Of a stretch of DNA of 37,331 nt, positions 24,180-35,950 are shown piece by piece; positions within the stretch are counted from its first letter, which is position 1, and every line of letters begins with the position of its first letter. This stretch comes from Octopus bimaculoides (Eukaryota): contig NC_068983.1 in assembly GCF_001194135.2 (NCBI RefSeq), forward strand, positions 146,642,630 through 146,679,960, in the 5' to 3' direction. The notes beneath the pieces were generated by a model, which saw nothing but the letters and a program-made list of their open reading frames with translations, was not told where the DNA came from and ran no database searches. The translations under genes were made by a program, and so were the position numbers.

Positions 24180-24433
24180 TATTGGGTTGGTGCATAATTA
24201 TTGCAGTTTTTTTCAACAAATTTTATTCAACAAAAACAATAACAACATGTAACAAAAACATCTTTAAATGATTATTCTAGAGCATATTCACCATCTACTT
24301 CAATTACTACTTTCCATTTGCTTGGCAGATGGTCAGACCATCATTTAAAGATGTTTTTTAAAAATATTGTTATTGTTTTTGTTGAATAAAATTTGTTGAA
24401 AAAAAGCCGCAATAATTATGCACCAACCCAATA
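24180..24433. mobile_element. Mariner-derived MITE
   Basis: Perfect 25-nt terminal inversion tattgggttggtgcataattattgc/gcaataattatgcaccaacccaata (TA at each end); arms extend about 93 nt. The interior reads LPSKWKVVIEVDGEYALE* on the minus strand. Confidence 0.92.
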
Positions 24434-24623
24434 GCATAAGTGGCTCGCTAGGAATTCAAAATCAAAAGGGAATTAATAAATAAAGGGTGTTAGTTTTCTT
24501 GAGAGTTTACCATTTGTGCAATAACATTTGCCACATCAATTATATTATGAAAGGAAAGGAAAAAGATCTTTTATTAAAAAAAATATGGCCATGAAAAAGA
24601 TAATGGACAAAATAAACACTTAC

Positions 24624-24731
24624 TGCAATTCATTTCATCACTACCATCACTACAATCATTGATTCTGTCGCATACTTTAGATTCACTATAACAATATTCA
24701 TTTTTACACTTTCTAGTTCCAATTGGACACT
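24624..24731 (-). CDS. Exon E; LDL-receptor class A repeat
   Basis: Acceptor ttttctataattccag, donor a|gtaagt. (E)CPIGTRKCKNEYCYSESKVCDRINDCSDGSDEMNC has six Cys and the DCSDGSDE motif. Not in the ORF track. Confidence 0.92.
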
Positions 24732-25589
24732 CTGGAATTATAGAAAATAAAAACAGAAGATTTTAAAAATATGTAATTATATGTAAATACTTAAAATCTA
24801 AACACGTTGATGTATTACTTGATTACAATTTTTGCTTTCTATGAATCAAAACAATAAAGGAAACATTTGTCTCAATTATTCAAGAACCACACACACACTC
24901 TCTCTTTTTCTCTCCCCCCCTCCCCTTTCTTATGATAACCTCACATGTATAACATTTCTAAGACTTCTTTACAAAGAATTCTTCTTTAGAGCCACAATAC
25001 CGTTTGTCTCCAGCCACCTGGAGACTTAACAAATCTCAAAGGATATCTACACTTGAAGTATTGTTCACATATTGAAAGTGATGCTGCTTTGTTCATAGAA
25101 ATTAAAGGTTTAAATGAAATGACTCTTTAGCTAAGATTATTTCTCCAACAAACTACAGCTGTTGACTCACATACATGTTGCTTCTTTTCTTTATCTCATC
25201 TACTGATACTGTACTAGGTTTCATTCCCCTAAATCATCTATTTCATTAATCCCCTCCTTTCATCACCCTAATATGCAAGTATTTTGGGAGTTGGATGAAA
25301 GCTATAAGCTCTACACTTAAGTGTTCATATTGACTACACTGTGTAACAAAATTTTTATTTGTTCTTGTCTTTGGTCAATAAGTGTTATTTCCTATTTGCT
25401 GCTATCTAGAAATCAAAGGAAATGACTACTATTCCCCTCAAACTTTGCTTTTGTGACCAAGATATCAATGTTTCGAAACTGACCTATTTTTCATTGCATT
25501 TCAGGCAGATTTAGTACTGAATTTCTGAAGCAGAAATACTGTTATAACAAATATTCTGCTAAATACCAGTTTTGCTTCTCAGTTGCTTG

Positions 25590-27110
25590 ACCTAAACCAC
25601 TTGAGCATGTTTGCTTAGTGGTTGACAATATGTGCATCGCTGATAATGAGCAAACCCCATGTCTATGGTGCTGTGAACAGGGCAGAAGCCACACTGGGGT
25701 TCAGGCAAGTTTCTCTCAGAGATGTTGATGAGGAGCCTGTTGAAGAGGATGCAGGTCAGGATTTTTTCAGCAAAGGAAACCAGGGAAATGCTCCTGTAAC
25801 TTCTGCAATCTAATTTGGCTCCTTTGTTCTTGTAGAGTGTAACCATGGTGATGTCTTGGAAGTCTGCTGGCATACACTCTTCCTCTCAAATGTATACAAA
25901 GATGTCATGGAATGCACTGAGAGCTGTGGTACCAAATGTCTTGTACAGTTTTGCAGGAATTCCATCTACTCCTGAATCTTTGCCACAGTTCATTTATTTA
26001 TGGCAGCCTTGACCTCATCTACACTAGGCAGCAGGTCAAGGTCTTTGTGTAGAGGCTTCTGAGGTATTCACTGCTATGCTTCCTGGTTGACAATGGACAG
26101 CCAGTTTAGGCATTGGTTGAAGTGCTCCTCCTATCTTTCCCTGATTCCTTCTTTGTTGTTGATGATTACTGAGACATCAGCAGACATCACAGGGCTGTTC
26201 CATTTCTGGAGGGCCGTAGATGACCTTGATAGCACTGTGCTGCATCTTGAAGTTGTTGGTGCCGACATAGAGCTGCGTCTGTCTTGCATTTTATGAAGTT
26301 CCATCTGGGCTCTGATTTGACAGTCCCTGTATCTGTCCTGCTGTGAGGAGCAGTTTGGGTGGTTCTACCAATCAGTGTAGACCTTTCTCTTATCATCTAA
26401 CAATACCTGTACAGCCTTGTAGTTGTCATCGAACCAGTGCTAATGAAGTTTTTCTTTTGGGCCTAGAACTATTTTGGCTGCCTCTGTGATGACTTCATTG
26501 AACTAGTTCCACTTTTTCTCTGGTCCACCGATTAGTGGTCCTATCACCTTGGACTTGTCACCAAGGTTAGACTGGAACTCTTGCTGGTATTTGGCTGAAA
26601 GGAGTCTAGCTGTGTTGAAGGCCAGTCTAATGAGCTTTATGCACTTGTGAGACTGGGAAACTATGTGGATGATGAGCTTGCCTCTTATGAGTCTGTGATA
26701 TGTCCAGCACTCCACTCCATGCATTGCCCTGGTGATGAGAAATATCACTGCCATCATGCTGGTGGGCAATAATGTAATCAATGAGATACCACTGTTTTGA
26801 ATGCGGATACATCCATGATGTCTTATATTTAATCAGCCTGCCAAAATATGATGTTGGTAATCAGCAGGTTGTGCTCAGTGTATTTGCAATTCCTCTTCTC
26901 AACTCCTTGCTTCCCTGTAACTCCTCTCTATCATTCCTCATCCCTGCTGTTTCTGACATTGAAACCATCTAGTATTACAAGCTTGTCATTAGTAGGTGTG
27001 TCATGTAACAATGTCCAAGTCGTCATAGAACTGCTCTCTGAGGTGGGGTTGCCAGTTTAGTTGCTGATGATCCAACCATGTGATAGGTTGTACTGTTATA
27101 TCAGCATTGC
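25590..27110 (-). mobile_element. Decayed BovB-like RTE LINE (APE end to RT start)
   Basis: YPHSKQWYLIDYII, TRAMHGVECWTYHRLIRGKL, DFQDITMVTLYKNKGAKLDCRSYRSISL..EKIL..ILFNRL..LPEPQCGF..STIDM. Confidence 0.85.
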
Positions 27111-28233
27111 TGAAGAGTGACCAGTAGTGCACAAGAGCAACCTGGCATAACCATGTAGTATATATACATAGAAAAAAGCCATGAGGAAATAATTCAAATG
27201 AAAACAAGACACGTTTTAACCTAAAAACATCACCTTGTAAAGTACACTTTTCTCTCCTCATTGTATTTGAGTGACTGAAGCTACAGTGATGTGAGTACCT
27301 CTCTGTGTAGCTGTAGCAGTTACCAGATCTTTATGTTACCGGATGTTCATTTTCAAAATTTACCCCTATTAGTTATACTTTTATTGTTTCTATAGATATG
27401 GCAGTTAATAGTAATAATAAAAAAAACAATGGTCACACTTGGGTATAATGATATAATGCAATGATCAATTTTGTGAAAAAACTGTTAGTGACAGGATAAC
27501 TTCTTTATATTTTTTGAAATCAGCAGGTAAAAATTGATCAATTTCACCCAATACATAAGAAACTATTTTTTAGTTGTAGCCCTGTGAAATAAATAAATAG
27601 AAAATTGAGGATAATTTCTGGAATTTTCAGTCTCTCAGTCTAATAATTCTAGTATTTCATCATCATTGCTGTTAGCTGTCAACTATGCCCCTCTCTTTTG
27701 AGACCCATCAGTATCACTTCTTATTTCATATCTTTAATTCTCAACTGTTATCAAGTCATTCTCTGAATATGTTTGTCCAAATTCTTACTGATCTTCATTA
27801 GATTTGTCTAAAATTTGCAGTATATTACCACTTATAAACAATCAATACTTTAGTCTTTTGTAGTGTTCAGGTGTGATAAATTTCATGGTTGAAAAAATAG
27901 ATAAAATGCTTAAAAACTCAAAAAATAGCATTATTTGTAAACAATTTAATTCTGCATTGATGACATAACCTTACTTTCAATTGACTAGATTTTTAACACA
28001 ATTCCTACCAATTTGGTTGAATATCAAGTTGGAAATTCCTGGTAAAAAAGGAATACAGAAGGTTAATCAAAATTTTATCCAATATAGACTCACTAGTGTA
28101 ATCTTACAAAAATTATCAAAGCAGCAATGGATCTGTTCACACTACACAAACATAAAAGTCTAATGAACAAAACATTTCTATTTAGTTTGATATAATCAGA
28201 ATTTCTAAAACTAGAGTAAATTTAAAAACTTAC

Positions 28234-28551
28234 CTAATTGTGGACAATTATTTTCTCTGATGTTGACATAATCAAGTAAAACTTCACACATATCATATCC
28301 CATACTTTTTGCCTGAAAAACAAGTTTTGTAGTATTTTGCTGAAGATACATTTGAACTATTCCCCATGGAGTTGTATCATCACTCACCATACTAAAAATA
28401 GTGTTGTTGTTAAAGGCATTATAGATGGCCAGCTTGCAATTTTTGTTGATTATCTTATATCTAATTTGTACACAGCTGTTGGTGATATTTTCAGTTGGAG
28501 ATACCAACATGCTTTCATAATAGTAGTAGAGTGAAGTTTTCATATAAAAGC
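28234..28551 (-). CDS. Exon D; C-terminal part of MAM domain 2
   Basis: Acceptor ttttctctag, donor g|gtaagt. (G)FYMKTSLYYYYESMLVSPTENITNSCVQIRYKII...PWGIVQMYLQQNTTKLVFQAKSMGYDMCEVLLDYVNIRENNCPQL; 318 nt open. Phase 1-1. Confidence 0.88.
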
Positions 28552-29851
28552 CTAGAGAAAAAAATTTGAAATTTAATTCATTTTGTAACATAGACACAAT
28601 GAGTGTGATATAATTCATCTTAAAATAGAAAAATTACTTTCTCTGAAAATTGGTAATAATTATTAGTTTCACCTTCTGAAACGTTTTACAGTAAAATATT
28701 AAAAAAATGTTTGGATTGTGAGAATAAATTCTACAACTGACAGGAGATCACTTGAAGAATGTGAATTCTTTGTACCTATTTATAGTTAAGAATACTCAGG
28801 CATTTTGGAGTTAAGTACATTGGTCATGAATACTATGTTGTATCAATGATAGGATACAAATGACTGTCCTCTTCACCAAATGACTGATAAATAATCAACA
28901 TAGTCTACCATAGTCTCCTTTAACNNNNNNNNNNNNNNNNNNNNNNNNNNNNNNNNNNNNNNNNNNNNNNNNNNNNNNNNNNNNNNNNNNNNNNNNNNNN
29001 NNNNNNNNNNNNNNNNNNNNNNNNNNNNNNNNNNNNNNNNNNNNNNNNNNNNNNNNNNNNNNNNNNNNNNNNNNNNNNNNNNNNNNNNNNNNNNNNNNNN
29101 NNNNNNNNNNNNNNNNNNNNNNNNNNNNNNNNNNNNNNNNNNNNNNNNNNNNNNNNNNNNNNNNNNNNNNNNNNNNNNNNNNNNNNNNNNNNNNNNNNNN
29201 NNNNNNNNNNNNNNNNNNNNNNNNNNNNNNNNNNNNNNNNNNNNNNNNNNNNNNNNNNNNNNNNNNNNNNNNNNNNNNNNNNNNNNNNNNNNNNNNNNNN
29301 NNNNNNNNNNNNNNNNNNNNNNNNNNNNNNNNNNNNNNNNNNNNNNNNNNNNNNNNNNNNNNNNNNNNNNNNNNNNNNNNNNNNNNNNNNNNNNNNNNNN
29401 NNNNNNNNNNNNNNNNNNNNNNNNNNNNNNNNNNNNNNNNNNNNNNNNNNNNNNNNNNNNNNNNNNNNNNNNNNNNNNNNNNNNNNNNNNNNNNNNNNNN
29501 NNNNNNNNNNNNNNNNNNNNNNNNNNNNNNNNNNNNNNNNNNNNNNNNNNNNNNNNNNNNNNNNNNNNNNNNNNNNNNNNNNNNNNNNNNNNNNNNNNNN
29601 NNNNNNNNNNNNNNNNNNNNNNNNNNNNNNNNNNNNNNNNNNNNNNNNNNNNNNNNNNNNNNNNNNNNNNNNNNNNNNNNNNNNNNNNNNNNNNNNNNNN
29701 GACTCAGTTTTCCACAAGCTTACTTCTTTATATTTCAAGTCCAAGAATCATAGATAGCTAACTGAACACATAAGTCTGCTGATAAATATACAGTCATCAA
29801 AAATAAAAGAAGGGATGCTAATGCAATATAAAATAAAGAATAATTACTTAC

Positions 29852-29962
29852 CATCTGTTAGGTTAGTATCGTTTCTTGAATTTATTCTTTTCCATGTTGG
29901 GTAGTAATTTAGGTTGCTATACTGGCATGTGCCTTCTGTGAAACCACAGGAAATATTCCTGG
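29852..29962 (-). CDS. Exon C; N-terminal part of MAM domain 2
   Basis: Long polypyrimidine tract then ttaaag; donor g|gtaagt. (A)RNISCGFTEGTCQYSNLNYYPTWKRINSRNDTNLTD fits the MAM start C.F..G.C...W. Phase 1-1. Confidence 0.88.
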
Positions 29963-30478
29963 CTTTAATGAGAAAGAGAAAAAAAAAATCAACAACATTA
30001 TTTATTTCATGTCATAAAATATTCTCAAAACTGAAAAAAATAACTTGTTATTGTATACAACAAATAAACAGAATGTTTGAAATCAGAGAAGAATGAGGTG
30101 AGCGTGATCCTTTTGGTGTGTTATATTAACTTAAGAGAGGAGAATCAGGAGACCTTAATCAGTCTGATGTTTCCTGTCTGTGAGCCCGACCTCAGTCAAT
30201 CATGCAGATCAAAAATTTGTAATTTGTGTAGTCAACCGTTTGAAATTGGGGACACCCTACTGGATCTCTATTCACTGAACTGATGAATACTCTATCTAGG
30301 TATGACCTGGTTGACCCACTGTGGTTGTTTCATGTTGTCATATTTGGGAAACCCAGCTAGTAGGTGTTGGAAAGGTCTGATCAGGTTTTGATGCTTTAGT
30401 ATCACTTCTCCTAAAGGACTAACCATATACAATCTTAGTGAGCATCTAAAATATGGAATTATAACAAACTGAAGGATC

Positions 30479-30764
30479 ATTATTTACATTTGACGGATAT
30501 TTGTTCTCATCTTGTTTGTTGTTAACGCATCGTTTTGGCTGATATACCCTCCAGCCTTCATCAGGTGTCTTGGGGAAATTTTGAACCTGGGTTCTCATTC
30601 CTAAGGTATTTTTCGATGTTATTATTGTTATTATTATTATCATTATTCAGGTCACTGCCTGGAATCGAACTCAGAATCTTGGTATTAGTAGCCTGTGCTC
30701 TTAACTTCTATGCCATATGCCCGTGATCAATTATGGAGTGAATTTTAGGGCTTATAAATTTAAT
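30479..30764 (-). mobile_element. tRNA-headed SINE-like unit with hammerhead motif (copy 1)
   Basis: Minus strand: tggcatagaag (A box), gagttcgattcc (B box), (TAA)n spacer, then acac-ctgatga-a-ggctg/cagcc-aaaacgat-gcgt. Confidence 0.8.
30525..30568 (-). ncRNA. Minimal type-I hammerhead ribozyme motif, mutated
   Basis: ACAC CUGAUGA A GGCUG-loop-CAGCC AAA ACGA U GCGU. G12 is changed to A and helix III/I are mismatched relative to the consensus GAA ACGU U GUGU. Confidence 0.7.
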
Positions 30765-30765
30765 A

Positions 30766-30913
30766 TTTTCCTGTCCTTCCTTAATACCAGTTCCCATATG
30801 CTATTCATATCTGCACAGACTGTATGACGCATGCGTACGAACAACCATGCTACATGGCAGTGAAACATGGGCTGTAACTGCTGAGGACATACGTAAGCTC
30901 GCAAGGAATGAAG
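30766..30913 (+). mobile_element. RTE LINE fragment between the two SINE-like copies
   Basis: RLYDACVRTTMLHGSETWAVTAEDIRKLARNE. Confidence 0.8.
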
Positions 30914-30925
30914 NNNNNNNNNNAT

Positions 30926-31149
30926 ATTAGATTTATGAGCCCTAAAATTCACTTTATAATTGCCCATGGACATATGGCGTAGTAGTTAAGAGTGTGGGCT
31001 ACTAACCTCAAAATTCTGAGTTCGATTCCAGGCAGTGACCTGAATAATGATAATAATAACATTGAAAAATACCTTCGAAATTTCCGCAAGGCACCTGATG
31101 AAGGCTGGAGGATATATCAGCCGAAGCATTGTGTTAAAAACAAACAAGA
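30926..31149 (+). mobile_element. tRNA-headed SINE-like unit with hammerhead motif (copy 2)
   Basis: tggcgtagtag (30975) and gagttcgattcc (31018); shares the ~35-nt leader, spacer and hammerhead region with copy 1, with a ~19-nt internal deletion. Confidence 0.8.
31091..31134 (+). ncRNA. Minimal type-I hammerhead ribozyme motif, mutated
   Basis: GCAC CUGAUGA A GGCUG-loop-CAGCC GAA GCAU U GUGU. Helices I and II pair; helix III ACGU is changed to GCAU. Confidence 0.7.
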
Positions 31150-32214
31150 TTAGCAGACTGATGTCTGAGGGTCACATCAAGTGGCTTCTAGTGGCGGAAG
31201 TCTCAACTACATCTGGCTTACTCCACGGGGAACATTTCTGGTTACTTTTGAGTACCCTTTGTATATATATATATGCTATTTAATTCTATCAAGGATATCA
31301 AATCCTCTTAAAGAGATGTTACTACCCAAGTTCCCCGGCTATATTTCCAGTGTTTCAGTGAAAAACCAAAGATGTTAGTTTTACATTGATGGATAGGTGT
31401 ATATAAATATTCTTGTAAGAGAAAAAGAAAATAGAGAAATTAATACATAAACAATTTATTTGAACAAATTCCATTCAGCATAACATAAAATTCTTTACAC
31501 CTACAGCTGTTTCCATACCCAATTTCCTCAACTTGAATTAATTTTAATTTATTTAAATTTTCATATCGTCAGTTGGGTATTTCATTATAGGACAGAATTT
31601 GTTAGAAACAAATTACATTCCAACGTGTTGGTTGACTTTTGATAGACTCAGATATGTGATTTAGCAACAGGTGAATTTAAAAAAAAAACGTTACTATTCT
31701 TATGCATTTGTGCGCGTGTGTGTGTTAAAGTGTTGAAAGCTACGAAATGATGACGAGCCAAAACTGCTTACTAATTACCATAGTTGAATATTACATCATT
31801 GATATTAGTGCACAATAGTGAGAAAAGAAATAAACAATCTAGTCGAGGAAAACAAAAATATTAAATTAAATCAATAAATTAAGAAATTGATAAAGTTAAA
31901 ACCAATATGAAATTAATACAGTGTATCTCTATTTTAAATTAATTAGCCATTCCATAAGCTATTCATCATATATTCTCAAGGTATGTGCCTAAATTAAAGT
32001 TTTGGTAAAGTATGCTGTTTCGGTAAACTACTACTGTCACCTGTAGATGAAACCTTATGTTCATATTAACCATTTAATTTATAATTAATACAATATCTAT
32101 TAAGAATTATTTAATCATTTTAGTTACAGATGTAAGCATATTAATAATGAGATACTGCCTGGTTCAAGGTTCCAGTAACCTTACAATTATACATAATTTT
32201 TCTTTAAATTAAGT

Positions 32215-33535
32215 CTAATGGTAGTTTCTGAAAACATGTTTACAGGCGTGAACACATGAAAAACCAGTTTCCTTCTCCACATTCAGAAGTCGATGCCTTG
32301 AATACAAGATTTGTAAAAGTTCCTCCGTACAGAGAAAACAAAAGGAGTTTCCAGCTTTATAGGCACTAGCCTTGCTTACAATCTCCCACTTCACAGAAAA
32401 GCTTTTATTCTTGTCTTTTAATTCCTAAATATATTTACTGACGCTGGTACAAGATGACGTCTTTCTATTATCGAAGGTGTAAATGTGATTAGACATGCGT
32501 TACTTGATATAATTTTCTGTTGTTCTGATGTAAAAGTAACTCTTCCTTTCATACATCACTGTATACTACATTCTTTTGCAATAAATACAATGATTTTTAA
32601 ATAAACAGTTACTTTTAACCTTGCAATCACAATGCATATTATCATTACTACTCATATTATTATTTTAAATTATATCTTTACATTTGGTGTAATTATTATT
32701 TATACTGTTCAGGTTGAGATGGGATTTAATGTGGGTTGCGTCTCCTTGTACATTAGCGGAATTATGAATCCCTTTATTACTAACATAGAGAATCATAATT
32801 GTTGTATCTAATTAAGTGATTATTGTTATAAAAATTAGATAATTTTTGCTCATTAAGGGAAGAAATAATCTGGGACAAGTTATTAAAAACTGAATATGCA
32901 ACTCTGAGAAATCTGGGATTAATTATATCATAATATCTATTTTCCTTGGTAAAATATAAAAAACAAATTTGTACTAGGATCCAACTAAGTTATTCTTAAT
33001 TTGTTTGGCAAATTAAATAATCATCTGAATAATGTTGTTCTTGTCAGAAGATACGTTATAATTTTCCAATTTTCGAACCTTACTATACATATAAGGGGTA
33101 GTCCAAAATTTTATGAAGACTATCTGATGAACAAGGCAATAATATTCTGTATATCATTCTTATTCATTGGATGTTTATCCTCATTATTTCTACTCTTATT
33201 TCTATTTCTACCATGTCCTTTAAGATTATTGCTATTACGAATAACATCAGAGTAACCAGGTCCATATTTTGCACATAATACTTTAATTTCTGTCTATACT
33301 CAGCTTTGCTGAGTGCTATATCATATGGTCATCATTTTGTTAAAAATATGCTTATTAGATGATAAATTAGGAATTCTTCTAGAAATATTATAAACTAAAA
33401 AGTTCTTTTTACAGAACTGGGATGATTACTTCCAAATTACTTAAGTATATTTATGTACTTAAGATTGGAGTTAGGCTTATGGTTCATAGTTGCCAGTAAT
33501 GAAATTTAGGTTTACATCTAGGAAATTAACTGACT
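32215..33535 (-). mobile_element. Decayed Penelope-like element (RT C-terminus, linker, GIY-YIG endonuclease)
   Basis: VNFLDVNLNFITGNYEP, SNHPSS..NISRRIPNLSSNKHIFNK, LRVAYSVFNNLSQIISSLN, YFYIRTTEN, SKYI*ELKDKNKSFSVKWEIVSKASAYKAGNSFCFLCTEELLQIL..LLN..CVH; all are PLE ORF motifs, in the correct order. Confidence 0.8.
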
Positions 33536-33784
33536 CATGTTTATTTTCAATTGTTATGTAGAGTCCAAAAATTTTAAAATACCTATAAAATTTCTTATAA
33601 AGTTCTAATTTTCTACTAGATAGGTTTCTCATGGCAAAAAGGCATCAATTGAATGTACTCTTACAAGGATATATATATATATATATATACATACACTGTA
33701 TATATATATATATATATATATATATGCATGTATTTATATATTTGTATTTATCTATTAGTTTATCTATCTAAAATCAATAAACAG

Positions 33785-34330
33785 TCACTTCCCACATTCA
33801 CATAAATACCATAAGATCACACTGTTAAAGTTAGCTACAGTTGCCTCTTTAATATAGGGTCGATAATAGTGAACTAAAAATAAAAATACCAGAAATATCC
33901 CCAAAAGACACTGTAACTGTACATTTCCAAACCACTGTCCTCTAAAAAATAACTCCTTGGAAAAAGAACTCATATACAAAGCCAAAATCATGGACCTCAA
34001 TGGAGTAACAAAGATGTATATCAGAATGGTGTGCAACTCGTTCAAAGAAAAATACAATACCTGGTGTCATTAGAGACAAAATAAAGGATGTGACATCCCT
34101 ATTGAATATGATGCGGGCATTGAAAGGAAGAGGTGTAAACAACTCCCTCACGGCATGAAGCATCATTGTTAAAGCCAGAGAACACAGAAGATAGGATACC
34201 AAACATGAGCTTCGTATCACTGAAAAGCTAAATATCATACAGTCAACAGATAACATTTTAAATATTAGAGATGAAATCTTCTCATCATGCATGCACTAGC
34301 AATATTTCACACTCTGAAACTTCAAAGAGA
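33785..34330 (+). mobile_element. Second decayed Penelope-like element (linker and GIY-YIG)
   Basis: FPHSHKYHKI..TVKVSYSCL, HCNCTFPNHCPLKNNSLEKELIYKAKI..KMYIR..FKEKYN, ITEKLNII..NILNIRDEIFSSCMH. Confidence 0.8.
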
Positions 34331-34574
34331 AACCACCTGCACCGCCAACCCCACAAGGATAGTTCCTTTCCCTGAACGTGGACATTGAATATATACAACA
34401 AACTCCATGCATAGAAGAAACACACCCTCCCCTTCAACATACAAACACACGAATATCATATATACCCAGAATATNNNNNNNNNNNNNNNNNNNNNNNNNN
34501 NNNNNNNNNNNNNNNNNNNNNNNNNNNNNNNNNNNNNNNNNNNNNNNNNNNNNNNNNNNNNNNNNNNNNNNNNN

Positions 34575-34670
34575 GTATGTATATATATATATACATATAT
34601 GTATACATGCATATATGTATACATGCATATATGTATACATGCATATATGTATATATATATATGTATATAT
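34575..34670. repeat. TA-rich minisatellite (tatacatgcatatatg-like unit)
   Basis: Directly visible, next to a 100-N gap. Confidence 0.85.
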
Positions 34671-34730
34671 AATGTCATCATGTACTTTCAGAGAGAGAAA
34701 TAGAAAAAGAGAATTAGCAAAAAATCTCAC

Positions 34731-34926
34731 CTTGACATTCTTTTTGCAAGAAACCAACATTTGTGAGACCAATGTATTGACCCATTCCATAAACATGTGT
34801 GGCAATAAATTCAATGTCTGTATATTCATTTGTTACCTGAACACATGCAGATTGCCATACTGTTGATGGAGCAACACTAAATTCTTCAAACACACGTTTC
34901 TTTCCATTTGCAGTTTCAAGATCAAT
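34731..34926 (-). CDS. Exon B; C-terminal half of MAM domain 1
   Basis: Acceptor tattttttcag, donor g|gtgaga. IDLETANGKKRVFEEFSVAPSTVWQSACVQVTNEYTDIEFIATHVYGMGQYIGLTNVGFLQKECQ. The phase 0 start matches exon A; phase 1 end. Confidence 0.85.
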
Positions 34927-34964
34927 CTGAAAAAATATATATGTGCATATTATATGTTAGTTTA

Positions 34965-35066
34965 CATACACACACGCACATGCACACACACATACACACA
35001 CACACACACGCACGCACGCGCACGCGCGCACACGCGCACACGCACACACACACACACACACACACG
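34965..35066. repeat. (CA)n/(CG)n mixed microsatellite
   Basis: Directly visible. Confidence 0.9.
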
Positions 35067-35129
35067 GATTGGCTGATCAAGATTCTCTCATGGAATGTGA
35101 CCAAATGAATCTACATACTTCTTTCATCA

Positions 35130-35330
35130 CTGTTGCAGAGACCACAGCTACATGGGACACTGATTTCCTTAAATGTTTTGGTGGCTCTCTGGAAGTTTTA
35201 GATAATTTTTGCTACCTAGGAGACCTAATTAACAACGGATAAGGTCGTACACAAAGTGTAATTGCTAGAATAAGAAAAGTGTGGAGAAAGTTTGAAGAGC
35301 TTTTACCTCTGTTGGCAGTCACTTTCCTGG
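35130..35330 (+). mobile_element. RTE RT fragment
   Basis: SLEVLDNFCYLGDLI..IARIRKVWRKFEELLPLL. Confidence 0.75.
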
Positions 35331-35519
35331 CACTAGCACTGGAGAGGTCACCAAATTCTCAACATAACAGCACTAAAGGGTCTTCTTGTTCCAATGTTGC
35401 CTCTATTTATTCATCATTCATCAACTTCTTCAGTGTCTATTTCATCATGGCATCAATAGTAATGGAGTTAACTGGTATATTGAAAGATGAAAAATAATCC
35501 ACTGCCCTTCAGCCCCACC

Positions 35520-35950
35520 TATTTTTTATTGCCAGCAGAAGTAATAGCTCACTGAACTTTCTCCAATTTGTTCAGTTATATTTTCAGGTCACAAACCTTC
35601 AAACTAATTAGGTCACCTAAATTAACAGAAGTTACTTGATACTTCTAGAGAGTCTTCAAGGTATTTAAGAAAATTCAGTTTTTGTGCCCCCTAAATGTTT
35701 ATTTCCCCTGTGCACTTATGAAGTCTACCTTCTCTGTGAGCCTTCTTGATATTCCACTATATACTTTGAGAGTCCATATTTTACACTTGGTACACCATAT
35801 GGAATTATTACCCACTTCATTTCTGTATACTGAGTATGGCCAATTCCCTGATATTTGATTTAGTCCTTTCTTATTTTCTACTTGCTGTCACCTTAATCTT
35901 TGCTATGTTTACTTTGAAGGCTCTCTGTAGATTTGGCGATACACCAAAAA
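35520..35950 (-). mobile_element. RTE RT fragment including decayed PHD-like insert
   Basis: FKVNIAK, SGNWPYSVYRNEVGNNSIWCTKCKIW, SLEVSSNFC*LGDLIS, WRKFSELLLLL. Confidence 0.7.

Noticed and set aside
31280-31410. Strong minus-strand acceptor with an open frame (YLYTPIHQCK...)
   Set aside because: No convincing donor or domain; exons B and C already join in phase.
27040-33140. Other CTGATGA occurrences (about 27063, 30280, 33124)
   Set aside because: No helix II followed by GAAA, so not hammerheads.
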